Assembly (NCBI RefSeq): GCF_964355755.1
Contig: NC_092676.1
Location: 9,277,888 to 9,341,887, forward strand
Length of the DNA: 64,000 nucleotides
Origin: Antedon mediterranea
Lineage: Eukaryota > Animalia > Echinodermata
Reading direction: 5' to 3'
Shown: positions 1-11,640 of the stretch, in pieces
Layout of the letters: each line of letters opens with the position of its first letter
Numbering within the stretch: position 1 is the stretch's first letter
Position numbers and translations under genes: made by a program
The notes under the pieces: model-generated
Seen by the model: the letters and a program-made list of their open reading frames with translations, nothing else
Told to the model about the DNA's origin: nothing
Database searches by the model: none

Positions 1-168
1 TCAAAACATAATTTGATTTAATGTACAGGTTTTTTTGAGACGAGTAGTTTTAAAAAACCTATTTCTTTTCAAATTCACCCGTTTGTTTTTCGCGTTGGTG
101 TTCTATTGTTATTCAAATTAATCTATTGTTAGTTGATAATTAGTTTTTTTAGTACCAGTGTGTGTCTT

Positions 169-2207
169 GGGTAGTAACAAAGTGCGAGGCAGCGAGGCAG
201 GGAAGGCATGCGAGGCAAGTCAGAAATTTATGCGAGGCATCGTTTTACCATCATCAAAAAATGCGAGGCATCATTTTATCATTTCTCAAAATTGCAAGGC
301 AGGAAATCACCGAAATTGAAGTAGCCCAGGCCTAGGTCCGCTAGGCTAGTTTTCTTTTGCACCTGCCTTGTATTTTAACCAACTTTATCCTGAATACCAC
401 AGCTTAGAATTAGTAGGCCTACTTTAATGAAGAAAAATCACATAAAAGTAACAATAAATCCATTAAATTGGTGATTTTACAGACGTTGTTTTTCTCGCAT
501 TTCGCACACTCAATGTTCAATATTTTGGTTTCTATGGAACGCCAAAAGAGCAAAATTAATTAAAGGGCTAAAAACTCTGTGGAATCCATTTATATTTAAC
601 GCATTATTTGGTGAAAATCAAGTACAATTTCAATAGATTTTGTCACTGTCAGTAAGGAAAAATGTTACTGTTGATAATGTACACGGTTTCGTTAACCTTT
701 TAAAGAATAAAATAGAAAAATTCATCATAATATCCTTAGTAGGATGTCCTAGGTCTAGACTAGGTAGTGATGTTGATTTAGGATCGATTATTATTCTTTG
801 AAAACAGAACAGTATCAGCAGTAACATATTACAACATTTTTATTGACAAATTAACAAATATATTGAAATAAAACGTATTTTTCACCAATAAATGCATGAG
901 AAATTGACGCATTCCACTGAGTTTTAGTCCTCTATTATCGTTGCTCTTTTGGCGCTCCATAGAAACAAAAATATTGAACATTGAATAAGTGAAATTAGCG
1001 AACAGTGTGCGAGAAACACGCCTGTAAAATCATTAATTTAAAGATTTATTTGTTACTTTTTATGTGATTCTTTCATTAAAGTACTCATGAGGTATACTTC
1101 TAAGGTGTGGTATTCACACGATAAAGTTAGTTATCAAATTTGGAGTAAAAATACAAGCAAAGGAAACTAGCGCCAGGTTTATTAGTACGTACATGGACAA
1201 CAATAAATAAAAATCGTTCGTAATATACCTAGCTTACTAAAACAGGAATAGTGTATCATTATTAAATATTACACCAATTATTATTTTATCAAAATTGATT
1301 AAATTATTTTCTACATAGGCCTCTTATCTAGGTTAGGGCTAAGCATATTAGCTAAAGTTTAATTTTAGGCCTAGTATTACAATTGTCGGACGTAAGTCTT
1401 TTTTCACACGCGCTCCAGAATTCTGTCGCAATTTTTTTCTTTGCGGCATGTTATTGGATCGGCATATAAGTTACCTTTTATTCACCGCCAGTTATTGAAC
1501 TTGTCCTGGCAATCGCTGTTCACCTTGTTTGCGAGAGAGGTACACGTGTTGTTCCTAGAGAATGGAATGTCAAAAATGTCTTTGGCACGCCGCTCAGAGA
1601 GAAGTCTGTGCGTTGCTGCTGAAACCACGTGCTATAGGAGGGGAATGCACCACAATCCTCTGAGCTGAGGGCTGAATCATTCCGCTACCTGCTAAATAGT
1701 AAAGAGGGATTTTCCATCTCTCGGGTCTACCGGATCTAGGCGCAGGGGTGTGACAAAATATTATTTTCACTCTGCTATGTTCGAGAGACATGTGAGTGAA
1801 CACGCTCGAAATGCCAACAAACATTGCAGTCATTTGATGAGTGTGTCGCTATAACAATTATTGTTTATCGAAAGTTGAAGACTGTCGTTCAGATTTTTGA
1901 ACCGTAGTTTGGGCACTTTTGTAAAAGTAAAATTTGACACGATATGACTTAAATGAAAAAACAATCGTTACATAAAAATAAACAACATGATGAATGTATA
2001 CACGAATCTATTTAGATACGCTTGTATCGATTGATTATTAGGCCTATAATATAGCATAATAGCACGTTAAGATATGCCTCGCACCTTTTTAAAATTGTAA
2101 ACTATATGCCGCGCATGCCTCGCACTTTTGGAAATGATAAAATGATGCCTCGCACAAATATTTGGCATGCCTCGCGTGCCTCGCTGCCTCGCACTTTGTC
2201 AACACTC
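169..2207. mobile_element. Non-autonomous TIR DNA transposon (about 2 kb) with 8-bp TSD
   Basis: The ends GGGTAGTAACAAAGTGCGAGGCAGCGAGGC and GCCTCGCTGCCTCGCACTTTGTCAACACTC are imperfect inverted repeats with multiple TGCGAGGCA motifs. TGTGTCTT is duplicated at 161-168 and 2208-2215. Confidence 0.8.
385..1120. mobile_element. Nested fold-back/MITE-like element with long inverted arms
   Basis: About 390-620 is the reverse complement of about 880-1115, e.g. ttggtttctatggaacgccaaaagagcaa versus ttgctcttttggcgctccatagaaacaaaa. Exact ends uncertain. Confidence 0.65.
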
Positions 2208-2494
2208 TGTGTCTTTCCTTATTTCATTCTGTACATAGGTATATACTTACAGAACGTGCCAGTCTCAGTACACCTGCACAATCTTATTTGCATAACAATG
2301 ATTGCATAACAATGCACGGCATACCAAGCCGACTACGATGAAGAACGAACGTAACAAAGAGAGCTATTAATTACAGAGAAAAACGTTGTGTGCGCCTGTT
2401 TAATGTTTTATACTTTAAAAAATGCCTCGAACAAAAAAGAAAAGTGCAGATCAACGGAGAAAAGAATCGAGGTCATGTATGGCCAAGACTCGAG

Positions 2495-3400
2495 ATAAGG
2501 AAACCACTGAGCACAAACAAGAGAGACTGGCCAAAGTAAAAACGAATGTTACAAGATCCCGAAGTAAGGAAACAACGGAACAAAAAAATGAAAGACTGGC
2601 CAAAGTAAAAACGAATGTTACAAGATCCCGAAGTAAGGAAACAACGGAAGAAAAAAAAGAGAGACTGGCCAAAGTAAAAACGAATGTTACAAGATCCCGA
2701 AGTAAGGAAACAACGGAAGAAAAAAAAGAGAGACTGGCCAAAGTAAAAAAGAATGTTACAAGATCCCGAAATAAAGAAACAACGGAACAAAGAAATGAGA
2801 GACTGGCCAAAGTAAAAGCGAGTGTTACAAGATCCCGAAATAAGGAAACAACGGTACAAAAAAATGAGAGACTGGTCAAACTAAAAACGAATGTTACAAG
2901 ATCCCGAAATAAGGAAACAACGGAACAAAAAAAAAGAGAGACTGGCCAAAGTAAAAACGAGTGTTACAAGATCCCGAAATAAGGAAACAACGGTACAAAA
3001 AAATGAGAGACTGGTCAAACTAAAAACGAATGTTACAAGATCCCGAAATAAGGAAACAACGGAACAAAAAAAAGAGAGACTGGCCAAAGTAAAAACGAGT
3101 GTTACAAGATCCCGAAATAAGGAAACAACGATACAAAAAAATGAGAGACTGGTCAAACTAAAAACGAATGTTACAAGATCCCGAAATAAGGAAACAACGG
3201 AACAAAAAAAAGAGAGACTGGCCAAAGTAAAAACGAGTGTTACAAGATCCCGAAATAAGGAAACAACGGTACAAAAAAAATGAGAGACTGGTCAAACTAA
3301 AAACGAATGTTACAAGATCCCGAAATAAGGAAACAACGGAACAAAAAAAAGAGAGACTGGCCAAAGCAAACCAAAATATAAAAAGAACTCGAAGTGTGGA
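2495..3400 (+). repeat. 69-bp coding tandem repeat (about 13 copies) encoding ETTEQKKERLAKVKTNVTRSRNK, STPR-like
   Basis: 69-nt period seen directly (GAGAGACTGGCCAAAGT at 2521, GAAAGACTGGCCAAAGT at 2590). The 23-aa E-T-x-E-x-x-x-x-R-L unit matches the STPR repeat pattern. Confidence 0.85.
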
Positions 3401-5078
3401 AACTGCTGTTGAAAAGCGTGCACGACGTGACAAGGTGCGTGAGAATGTAAAAAACCAACGTCAGAAAAGACACTTAAGCATTACAAGTAGTGCAGAAGTA
3501 ATTGCTAATTTTCATAAACATGTGAAAGATGCTTCTGATTATATTTGTTGTTCGTGTCACAGATTATTATATCGGTGTTCAGTAGTACAATTTAAACCAC
3601 TGAATTATCAAAAGCTGAAAAGACAGATTTTTAATGCTATTTGTGGTTACAGAAGAACATCAATGGATAACAAAGAATGGATTTGTCACACATGTCATAA
3701 ATCCATAAAAAATGGGAAAATGCCATGTCAATCCAAAGCCAACAACTTACAACTTGCAGATCAGCCTCCAGAGTTGAAACATTTAAACCCACTTGAACTA
3801 CGACTTATTTCTCAAAGAATTCCTTTCATGAAACTGGTAGGATTACCACGTGGAAGGCAACATGCAATCCATGGTCCTGCAGTAAATGTCCCAGCAAAAG
3901 TGGACACTGTTTGTAAGTTGTTTCCGCGACTGCCTTCACAGAGTCAGTTATTGCCACTGAAGTTTAAACGGAGAAGAAAATACAAGTCATATTACATGTA
4001 TGATTATGTAAACCCTCAGAAGGTCCTGTCGGCACTTCGGTGGCTGAAACAAAACAATCCACATTACAAGAACATTAATATAAATCAAAACTGGACAGTT
4101 GAAGCGAAAACAGATAATAAGGAACTCTGGAAAGCGATGACTTGTGCTGATAATGAAAGTAATTTTTTTCAGGATCAAGTGGACCGTAGTGACATTGGTC
4201 GTGTTGCTGATGATGAAAGTAATTATTTTCCCGATCAAATGGATATTAGTGACATTGGTCGTGTTGCTGATACAAGTAATTATTTTCCGGATCAAGTTGA
4301 CCGTAGTGACATTGGTCGTGTTGCAGATGTAATTCACATGAGAGTAGTTGATGTGCCACGAGATGGCGACTGTTTATATTCAGCAGTATGTCATCAGTTA
4401 GAAAGCCTAGGAATCCATAAAACAGATCCTAAGTCTTTACGTCAACATACTGCAATATATATGTCAAAATATCCTGACTTTTACAAAGACTTTGTTTCTA
4501 ATCGTGTAGCTGACAGTGACCTGACTAATGCAGACACTGAACAACCCACGATCGCAGATGTTGTTATAGCACAAGTCAGTGACGCAGATACTCAGAGTGA
4601 AATTAGATGGCTCAGATATTTAGATGGAGTAGAGAATGGTTCCCAGTGGGGAGATCACATAGTGTTGCAAGCGATTGCAGATCAGTTCTCATTGAAAGTA
4701 CATGTACATACGACAAATAGCGTCCATGTAGAGAAAGTATGTTCAAGGGTTAGAACAGCTCATGAATTTCAAAACCACTTGGTGAAGTTGTAGACTATGT
4801 ATCAAGAATAGAGTTTCAGGCACGTGGTTCGCCACATGCACACATGATACTATGGGTAAAAAATTCCCCCAAACTAGATGTGAACTCAGATGCCGAAATT
4901 TGTGCATTTTTAGATGAACGAATCTCTTGCACTCCTCCAGACAATGACCCTGATTTGCTTGAGCTTGTAGAGAACTTACAAGTACACAAACATTCAGCAT
5001 ATTGTCGCAAGAAAGGCTCTTGTAGATTTCACTATCCTCGACCTCCTAGTTCCAGAACACTTTTAGCCCGAGAACCTA

Positions 5079-8000
5079 ATGACGAGCTTGCCCCTGCCAA
5101 AAAAAAAGGCTGCTAAACATGTGCTTGGTGCTGTACTTGATGTTATGATGGATGAGAACACAGATGTTAATAGTTCACTTTCACAGTTGTGTGAAACAGC
5201 AAAAACAGATGAAGTTGAATATATGAAATCACTCAGTATATCACAGAAAGGTACAACCATAATTATGGAAAGAACTTCATCAGAGCAATGTGTAAACACG
5301 TACAACCCTACTGTGTTAAAAGCATGGAAAGCCAATATTGACATACAATTCATTCTGGATGCCTTTGCTTGTGTAGTGTATGTGGCTTCCTACATGACTA
5401 AAAATGAAAAGGGCATGGGAGAACTGCTTAAACAAGCATGCAAAGAACACCAAGATAAAGAGGTGAAATCTGTGTTAAGACAGGTTGGTTCAGTGTTTCT
5501 GAATCACCGTGAAGTTAGTGCTCAAGAATCTGTCTACAGATTATTGTCAATGCCAATGAAAAAGGTTAGCAGAACTATAGTATTTATCAATACAGATCCA
5601 AAGAAAAGTAGAGCTGTGGTTTTGAAAAATGCTGACCAGTTGGAAAGTTTAGATGATGATCATGAAGATATTTTTCAAATGAGTATTGTGGATAGGTATG
5701 AACACAGACCAACCAGTCTAGAAAACATGTCACTGGCAGAATTTGCTTCTACATACACTGCAGATTACAAAGAGAAAAATAGAGACACAGATGACAGTGT
5801 TCCTGTTGTTTTTGATGATCCAGAAATACAATATGAAAAATGTTTTCCAAAGTACATCAAACTGAAAAACCAAAAAGGTTCTATGCGAAAACGCCGTCGA
5901 CCAGCAGTCATACGTTTTCGAAAGTTCAATGTTGACAAAGACCCGTCTAACTTTTACAGAGCCAAACTGATGCTTTATTTTCCATGGAGAAATGAGGACA
6001 ATGATCTTCTTGCTGGATACGATGAGTATAAAGATCATTATGAAGTAGTTTTTAAACAAGCTCTTGAAATAGAAGCCAAGTATTCTGTAAATGTCGATGA
6101 AATTGATCAAGCTGTACAAAGTGTAGAAAATGGCCCACCACAACATGTGTGGGACCTTCTAGCACCAGGGGCTGAACATGCCAATTTAGAAGATCAAGGT
6201 CAGGGATTTAGTGTTGAAAGAAACCTACAACAAGAAGACCTTGATGCAAATACAGAGTTATTTCAAAGGGCAGAAAATACAAGCAACAGTCGTGATATTA
6301 GTTATCGCTATGAACTGGAGGAAAACAGAGAAATTCTTAGCCCCAGTCAGTACAGACACATGATGCGCACCCTTAATACCAAACAAAGACAAGTGGTTCT
6401 TTATCACAGAAAATGGTGTAAAACTGCAGTTTCAGCATTAAAAAATGGAGGAAAACCTAAGCCTTTTAGGTTGTTTCTGAGTGGACCTGGTGGTGTAGGA
6501 AAAAGTGATGTGATACAAATCATTCACTCTGACACTAAACGACTATTTTCCCTGTCTAAAGGATTCAAACCAAATGACATAACTGCCCTTCTAACTGCCC
6601 CCACTGGAGTAGCAGCTTTCAATATTGGTGGAATGACTGTACATTCGGCACTGTTGCTTAGAACATCAATGTATGGAAAACATGGAGACCCGCTAACATG
6701 TGAAAAATTAAACACTCTGAGATCTAAACTAGAAACATTGCAACTGCTGATTGTTGATGAGATATCCATGATAGGTTCGGATATGTTGTTAAATATACAC
6801 AGACGACTTTGTGAAATAAAAGGGACCAGTGAAGAAGACTCAAATATGTTTGGCAATGTAGGCATTCTAGCTGTTGGAGATCTGTATCAACTTCCTCCAG
6901 TGTTACAGTCAAACATCTACGATCCTGTAAACAATCCCTTAGCTAATCTTCACGGTAACCTATGGAAAGATGAATTTGTACTTCATGAACTCGACGAAAC
7001 AATGAGACAAAGAAATGATCAAGGGTTTGCAGAAATGCTATGTCGCATTAGAATTGGTAAACATACAGAAGAGGACATTGTCTTGTTGAAAACAAGAGTG
7101 ATAGATGTAGCTGACAGCTGTCATCCTCATGATGCCGTCCATGTGTTTGCATGCAATAAGGATGTTGATGAATGGAACGTGAAAAAGCTTTTAGAAGTTG
7201 AACCGGACAGCCACAATCGCATGCTCGTTACAGCTATTGATGACAAGAACGACATAACTGGTCTGATTGATTTACAAAATCCTGGAAGCCAGAAAAAACG
7301 TAGTGAAACTGGTGGATTGCATAAAGTTCTAAAACTTGCTGTAGGTGCTCGTGTGATGTTGACCTATAATATTGATGTTTCTGATGGTTTAGTGAACGGT
7401 GTTATTGGAACAGTTGCAGGGGTTGAAAGAGATACAACAGGCAAATTTACTGCGATTTTTGTAAGATTTGACCACCCTGAAGTTGGAAAAGCAACATTAG
7501 CGTCTAGCCAATGGGAAAAAAAATATCCCCAGGCTGTACCAATTCATAGACAAGAAGGAAAATTTGAAAAGTCCGGCAAAAAGGGTGCTCAGGTATCTCG
7601 TTATCAGTTTCCATTGACTTTGGCTTGGGCAGTTACAATACACAAATGTCAGGGATTAACACTAGATAACATTGTAGTCAGCATGAAAGGAGCTAAGCGA
7701 TTTGGCAATGGACAGGCTTATGTTGCTTTTAGCAGAGTAAAATCACTTAATAATCTGTTCATAACAGACTTTGATAAGGTCGGCATTAAGTCCAACAAGA
7801 AAATACCAACAGAAATGCAGGACATGCGTCTGTTAGACTTAACAGAATGTACGACTGTTACAGTAACAAATATCACCATCGGACACTTAATAAACGTACA
7901 TTATTTCATTGAAAAAATTAAGGATATGCAGACAGACAACGAGAAGAAATTGTTCAAAAGAACAGATGTTATTTGTTTCTGTGAAACATATCTTCAAGAC

Positions 8001-8534
8001 CATCACAGTTTCAATCATTTTCTCAATGAACATTCATACACAGCATTCAGGTCTGATGCACAGCAGACTTCACAACATGCCAGAATGCACGGTGTAATGA
8101 TTTGTGCCAAATCAGAAACTAATCCCACTGAATTGGAATCGATTGCTGTACAAGGATTGGAGTCGAAGACTGTGCTCCTGAATAAGGACACATGCCGCCT
8201 GGTGGTATGTACTTTGTATAGAAGCCCATCTACTTTACTAGCAAATTTCCTCATCCATATGGAGTCACTGCTTTTGATGCTGCCTCTGAACGTCCCGACA
8301 GTCATCCTAGGGGATTTCAATGTTAATATCTTGGACAGTCCACCAACCTCTTTGACCAACCTTATGACAAGTTATGGTTTCAAACAACTGGTACAAGAAC
8401 CAACAACTGATTCAAGGACTTTAATTGATCACATCTATGTCAACAAACTCCCACATGGCTTCACTGACACAACAGTTGAAGTTGAAGATATATACTATTC
8501 AGACCATGATGCTGTTATTTTAACAATAACATGA
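5079..8534 (+). CDS. Helentron ORF segment: Rep C-terminus (Y2), PIF1 helicase and AP endonuclease
   Basis: 1151-aa uninterrupted ORF containing SF1B helicase motifs and EEP motifs. Its start is an artefact of the frameshift in the A-run near 5099-5107. Confidence 0.9.
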   Translation: MTSLPLPKKKAAKHVLGAVLDVMMDENTDVNSSLSQLCETAKTDEVEYMKSLSISQKGTTIIMERTSSEQCVNTYNPTVLKAWKANIDIQFILDAFACVVYVASYMTKNEKGMGELLKQACKEHQDKEVKSVLRQVGSVFLNHREVSAQESVYRLLSMPMKKVSRTIVFINTDPKKSRAVVLKNADQLESLDDDHEDIFQMSIVDRYEHRPTSLENMSLAEFASTYTADYKEKNRDTDDSVPVVFDDPEIQYEKCFPKYIKLKNQKGSMRKRRRPAVIRFRKFNVDKDPSNFYRAKLMLYFPWRNEDNDLLAGYDEYKDHYEVVFKQALEIEAKYSVNVDEIDQAVQSVENGPPQHVWDLLAPGAEHANLEDQGQGFSVERNLQQEDLDANTELFQRAENTSNSRDISYRYELEENREILSPSQYRHMMRTLNTKQRQVVLYHRKWCKTAVSALKNGGKPKPFRLFLSGPGGVGKSDVIQIIHSDTKRLFSLSKGFKPNDITALLTAPTGVAAFNIGGMTVHSALLLRTSMYGKHGDPLTCEKLNTLRSKLETLQLLIVDEISMIGSDMLLNIHRRLCEIKGTSEEDSNMFGNVGILAVGDLYQLPPVLQSNIYDPVNNPLANLHGNLWKDEFVLHELDETMRQRNDQGFAEMLCRIRIGKHTEEDIVLLKTRVIDVADSCHPHDAVHVFACNKDVDEWNVKKLLEVEPDSHNRMLVTAIDDKNDITGLIDLQNPGSQKKRSETGGLHKVLKLAVGARVMLTYNIDVSDGLVNGVIGTVAGVERDTTGKFTAIFVRFDHPEVGKATLASSQWEKKYPQAVPIHRQEGKFEKSGKKGAQVSRYQFPLTLAWAVTIHKCQGLTLDNIVVSMKGAKRFGNGQAYVAFSRVKSLNNLFITDFDKVGIKSNKKIPTEMQDMRLLDLTECTTVTVTNITIGHLINVHYFIEKIKDMQTDNEKKLFKRTDVICFCETYLQDHHSFNHFLNEHSYTAFRSDAQQTSQHARMHGVMICAKSETNPTELESIAVQGLESKTVLLNKDTCRLVVCTLYRSPSTLLANFLIHMESLLLMLPLNVPTVILGDFNVNILDSPPTSLTNLMTSYGFKQLVQEPTTDSRTLIDHIYVNKLPHGFTDTTVEVEDIYYSDHDAVILTIT

Positions 8535-9174
8535 GCTTGATTAATGTCTACTTTTCGTAATGTTTTGGGTATGATGCGTCTCACATGCACACAGAGCCAA
8601 TATATAAGGAGCTTGGACTTGCACCGTGCATGGGCCCTAACCTGACGGTTTTCATTTATATTATCATCCCATGCTGTTATTCTAATATCTCATTTCTTTC
8701 TATTTCATTCTTCTACGATCACTTTATATTATTATCTCTTGGTGAAAAGGGAGGCTCAGTCCTCCCCTGGGTTTATAGCCTCTCTACCCAAACCAATAAA
8801 AGTGTTGACTGAACATTGGCGGGGTTGACACAGGAGGAATGGCACTTTGGATACTATAGTGCTTGTGTCACTCTTTGATGTTGTTCTACTGTTGTTAATA
8901 ATTGTGATAATTTATTTAATTTATCATAATAAAACATTTAAGTTCTAAAAAAGTAAGCCACATTTGTATTTTTTCAGTATTATTTAATTGTAATCATTTT
9001 CTTCAGACGTCCACATTTTCCCAGTTCAATCTTGAGATCTTCAGCAAGGTCATTATTTGTATTAAAAATTATTTAACCAAATTATAAACCCTAGCAGAAT
9101 TTGAACCATGTAAAGATAATACCTAAATCAAAAAAAATTATCTTTCAACATGCTCCCAATCAGTGGAAATATTT

Positions 9175-9846
9175 TGCCAAGTATTTCACTCAGTTTCTGA
9201 GTGCTTTCATTTGTTTATTAGCAGGATTACTAAAAAAGTAATGACAAGATCTTTACCAAAATGAATAGACAGATAGATATGTGGTCAAGGACCATTCCAT
9301 TAAATTTTGGGACCATATGGGACCGCAGTCCCAATTCTGGACCACTTTTTAGTATACTTTTTTAGACCTGCTAGTGTTAAAAGATAGGACAGAATTTTTC
9401 AAAAGCCGGCGAGCAGTCTTAAAGTAACAAGTAAACTGAAATTGCATTTTCTCGAGAACTACTTGTCTAAAAAACTTTATTTTTGAACAAGAGGCAAGAG
9501 TTATAATTTGTGATTTGTAATTTTAAAACATAATTTGATTTCATGTGCACGTTTTTTAATGCGAGTAGTTTAAAAAACCTATTTCTTTTCAAATTCACTC
9601 GTTTCGATTTTCGCGTTGCTGTTCTATTGTTAGTCAACTGAAGCTATTGTTAATTGAAAGGCTTGTTACATAACCATTAAACCAAACTCGCATACACATG
9701 CTTGTAATAAAATTAGCCTAAATCACAAACAGCATTAAGACACACACAAATATATATACAGTATATTTTTTTTTACCGGAGAAATCTTATGTAGAATAAT
9801 TTTACAATAGGCGGAAGTATGCCCTCTTGGAGTGGCTTTCTAGTTT
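9175..9846 (+). mobile_element. Helentron-type termini / HINE (DINE-1-like) remnant
   Basis: Hairpin CACTCAGtttCTGAGTG at about 9188-9204. HINE-like core ttagcaggattactaaaaaag at about 9218. 3'-end-like GGCGGAAGTATGCCCTCTTGGAGTGGCTTTCTAGTT at about 9810-9845. Confidence 0.5.
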
Positions 9847-10229
9847 ACATTGTTTTCGATTAAAATTTATTTTAAACATATATACATATTCATGAAGATT
9901 TACCGAGCCATCCATATTTGTTTATTATGTTATCTAAATTAAACAATGGTTATCAGAAATGCCTGTACCTTATGTGTAGTAGGCATGCGTAGATAACCAA
10001 ATAGTAGTACTGTAAAGTTACACACAGAAACGTACAGTAACGTAGTTCATAAAATATCCGAGAGGATTCAATATTTCTTTATAGGTTAATTTGAGTTGAG
10101 TTGACTACATTAGTCAACTTTCGGTTGATACCAACTTTAGGGACTTTGTCAGAATTGTAAATTCACTGTTTCTAACACCAATATAATAATAATGATAATA
10201 ACACCACCACTAATAATAATAATAATAAT

Positions 10230-10830
10230 GATAATGTAAAATATTAATAGACGAAGACGGAGAATCCCAAAAATATGAAGATCTTGTGGCAGGATTGAAT
10301 GGTGTTATTAGTAGCAAAAGGATACACCTTTTCCATGCTGGTAAAAGAATGTCCATGATCATTTGAGTTTTAGAAGTAAAGGAAGGAAAAATAAATGGGA
10401 GAAATGAACCAGATATATAATTCGAAGCATTTGTGCAGAATATGAAATTACGGATGTTTTTTGGGTTGGCCAAGACAATATTACGATAGCTCGAATAAAG
10501 AAGGATGAGTTAAGTTTGAGAATACTAGAGGGAGGAAAGAAGATAACTTAGATAGGATTCCAAGACACACTTTTTTCTTATTTTCTTAGAGAGTTTCCAT
10601 GATGAGAGGCTGTTATTAATGATAACACAATGGAATTTAATAGATTTAACTGATGGGATGTCATGGTTTTCAATAAAATTGTAAGTATGGACACATCATT
10701 ATTATAACTCCAAATAAGATGTTATGATTGGGTTGAGGGAGAGTTTGTTAGGAGCAAAGTAGTGGGACAACGAGATAACATTATTACAGTATAATTAGTA
10801 TTAAAGGTGTCAAAAGAGTTTGAATGTTTT
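10230..10830 (-). mobile_element. Decayed LINE (CR1/L2 group) RT C-terminal fragment
   Basis: Minus-strand translation VKSIKFHCVIINNSLSSWK...CLGILSKL resembles the KFLGVIIDxxLSW...GILxKL region of CR1/L2 RTs. Confidence 0.5.
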
Positions 10831-10889
10831 CATACAGTGGTATGCATTCACGTAACAAAAAATTAATTTTGAGGAGCGCGGTGAACATC

Positions 10890-11640
10890 TCAGCAATTTA
10901 AAGAGTGAAACGAGGCATCAGATACTGATATTGCAGTCATCCTGATGTATCAGCGTGGTTAGATGTTGGAAGAAAAACCGTAGATACATCAGCAACACCA
11001 ATGTACGAGTTACTTTGACATCAGATATGTGTGTCGCGCTACCATGATTCCATGCCTTGTACGGGTGTGACTATCCCAGTTCATTTCTTCGTAAAGCGTG
11101 GTTCCCACTAGCGACGCAGCACAAGGACGTAACGCAACGCAAGTGAATTGACCAATCACAAGCGATGGCTTATTCGTTGCGTTGCGTTTACGTCCTTGCG
11201 TTACGTTGTGGGAACCAAGCTTAAAGGAAAGGCCAGACCCAACAAGTTTTTGAAGAGCTAACTAAAAATATGTACAAAGTCAAAACAATCAGAAGATTCA
11301 TAAAATATCGCTATCATTATAGAGATCCAAGAAGTAAAACACCAAGTTGACACTAAACAAACATAGATAAAGATCTTTAAAAAATCTTACAGACCAAAAT
11401 CATCATTAAACAATCCATTGGAAAAGCTGAAAACAATAAATAGCAGTTCCATTCCACTGTGTGAGGCAGAATCGGGCTATTTTTGTTACACAAATGTGTG
11501 AAAATGCTGATGTTTGTGAACACCCATATATCAAACGGCTGGGATCTGGAAAGTGGATATGACATGAAGGAACCCAGATGCCAGACCAGGAGAAAATGTG
11601 ATAAATGATAACGACGTTGACAATGCAGTCTCTTCTGATT
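10890..11640 (+). mobile_element. Decayed XPG/FEN1-like nuclease fragment of a DNA transposon (AcademX-like)
   Basis: Translated pieces EASDTDIAVILM, FHALYGCDYPSSFLRKGKARP (after removing the MITE), NRAIFVTQM...NGWDL and EGTQMP fit the DTD...GCD...GKGK pattern of Academ-type proteins. Confidence 0.55.
11095..11221. mobile_element. PIF/Harbinger-type MITE with TAA TSD
   Basis: TIRs AGCGTGGTTCCCAC and GTGGGAACCAAGCT. TAA is duplicated at 11092-11094 and 11222-11224. Related remnants lie near 37015-37130 and 41830-41900. Confidence 0.8.

Larger units (their letters stand above)
2422..8534 (+). mobile_element. Helentron (Helitron2) RepHel-endonuclease coding region, broken by frameshifts and an internal deletion
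   Basis: In order: 23-aa repeats; CCSCHR and CHTCHK zinc motifs with DUF6570-like GPAVNVP and ALRWLKQNNPHY; OTU-like DGDCLYSAV...WGDH; HUH motif EFQARGSPHAH (about 4810-4845); Y2 motif YVASYMTK; PIF1 motifs GPGGVGKS, APTGVAA, DEISM, GDLYQLPPV, QFPLTLAWAVTIHKCQG; APE/EEP motifs CET, YRSP, GDFN, IDHIY, SDH. Confidence 0.92.

Noticed and set aside
2451-3433. Minus-strand hydrophobic repeat ORFs
   Set aside because: Antisense shadows of the 69-bp coding repeat of the Helentron.
5079-8534. Host PIF1 helicase gene
   Set aside because: Intronless and fused to HUH/Y2 Rep and APE domains, which is diagnostic of a Helentron.
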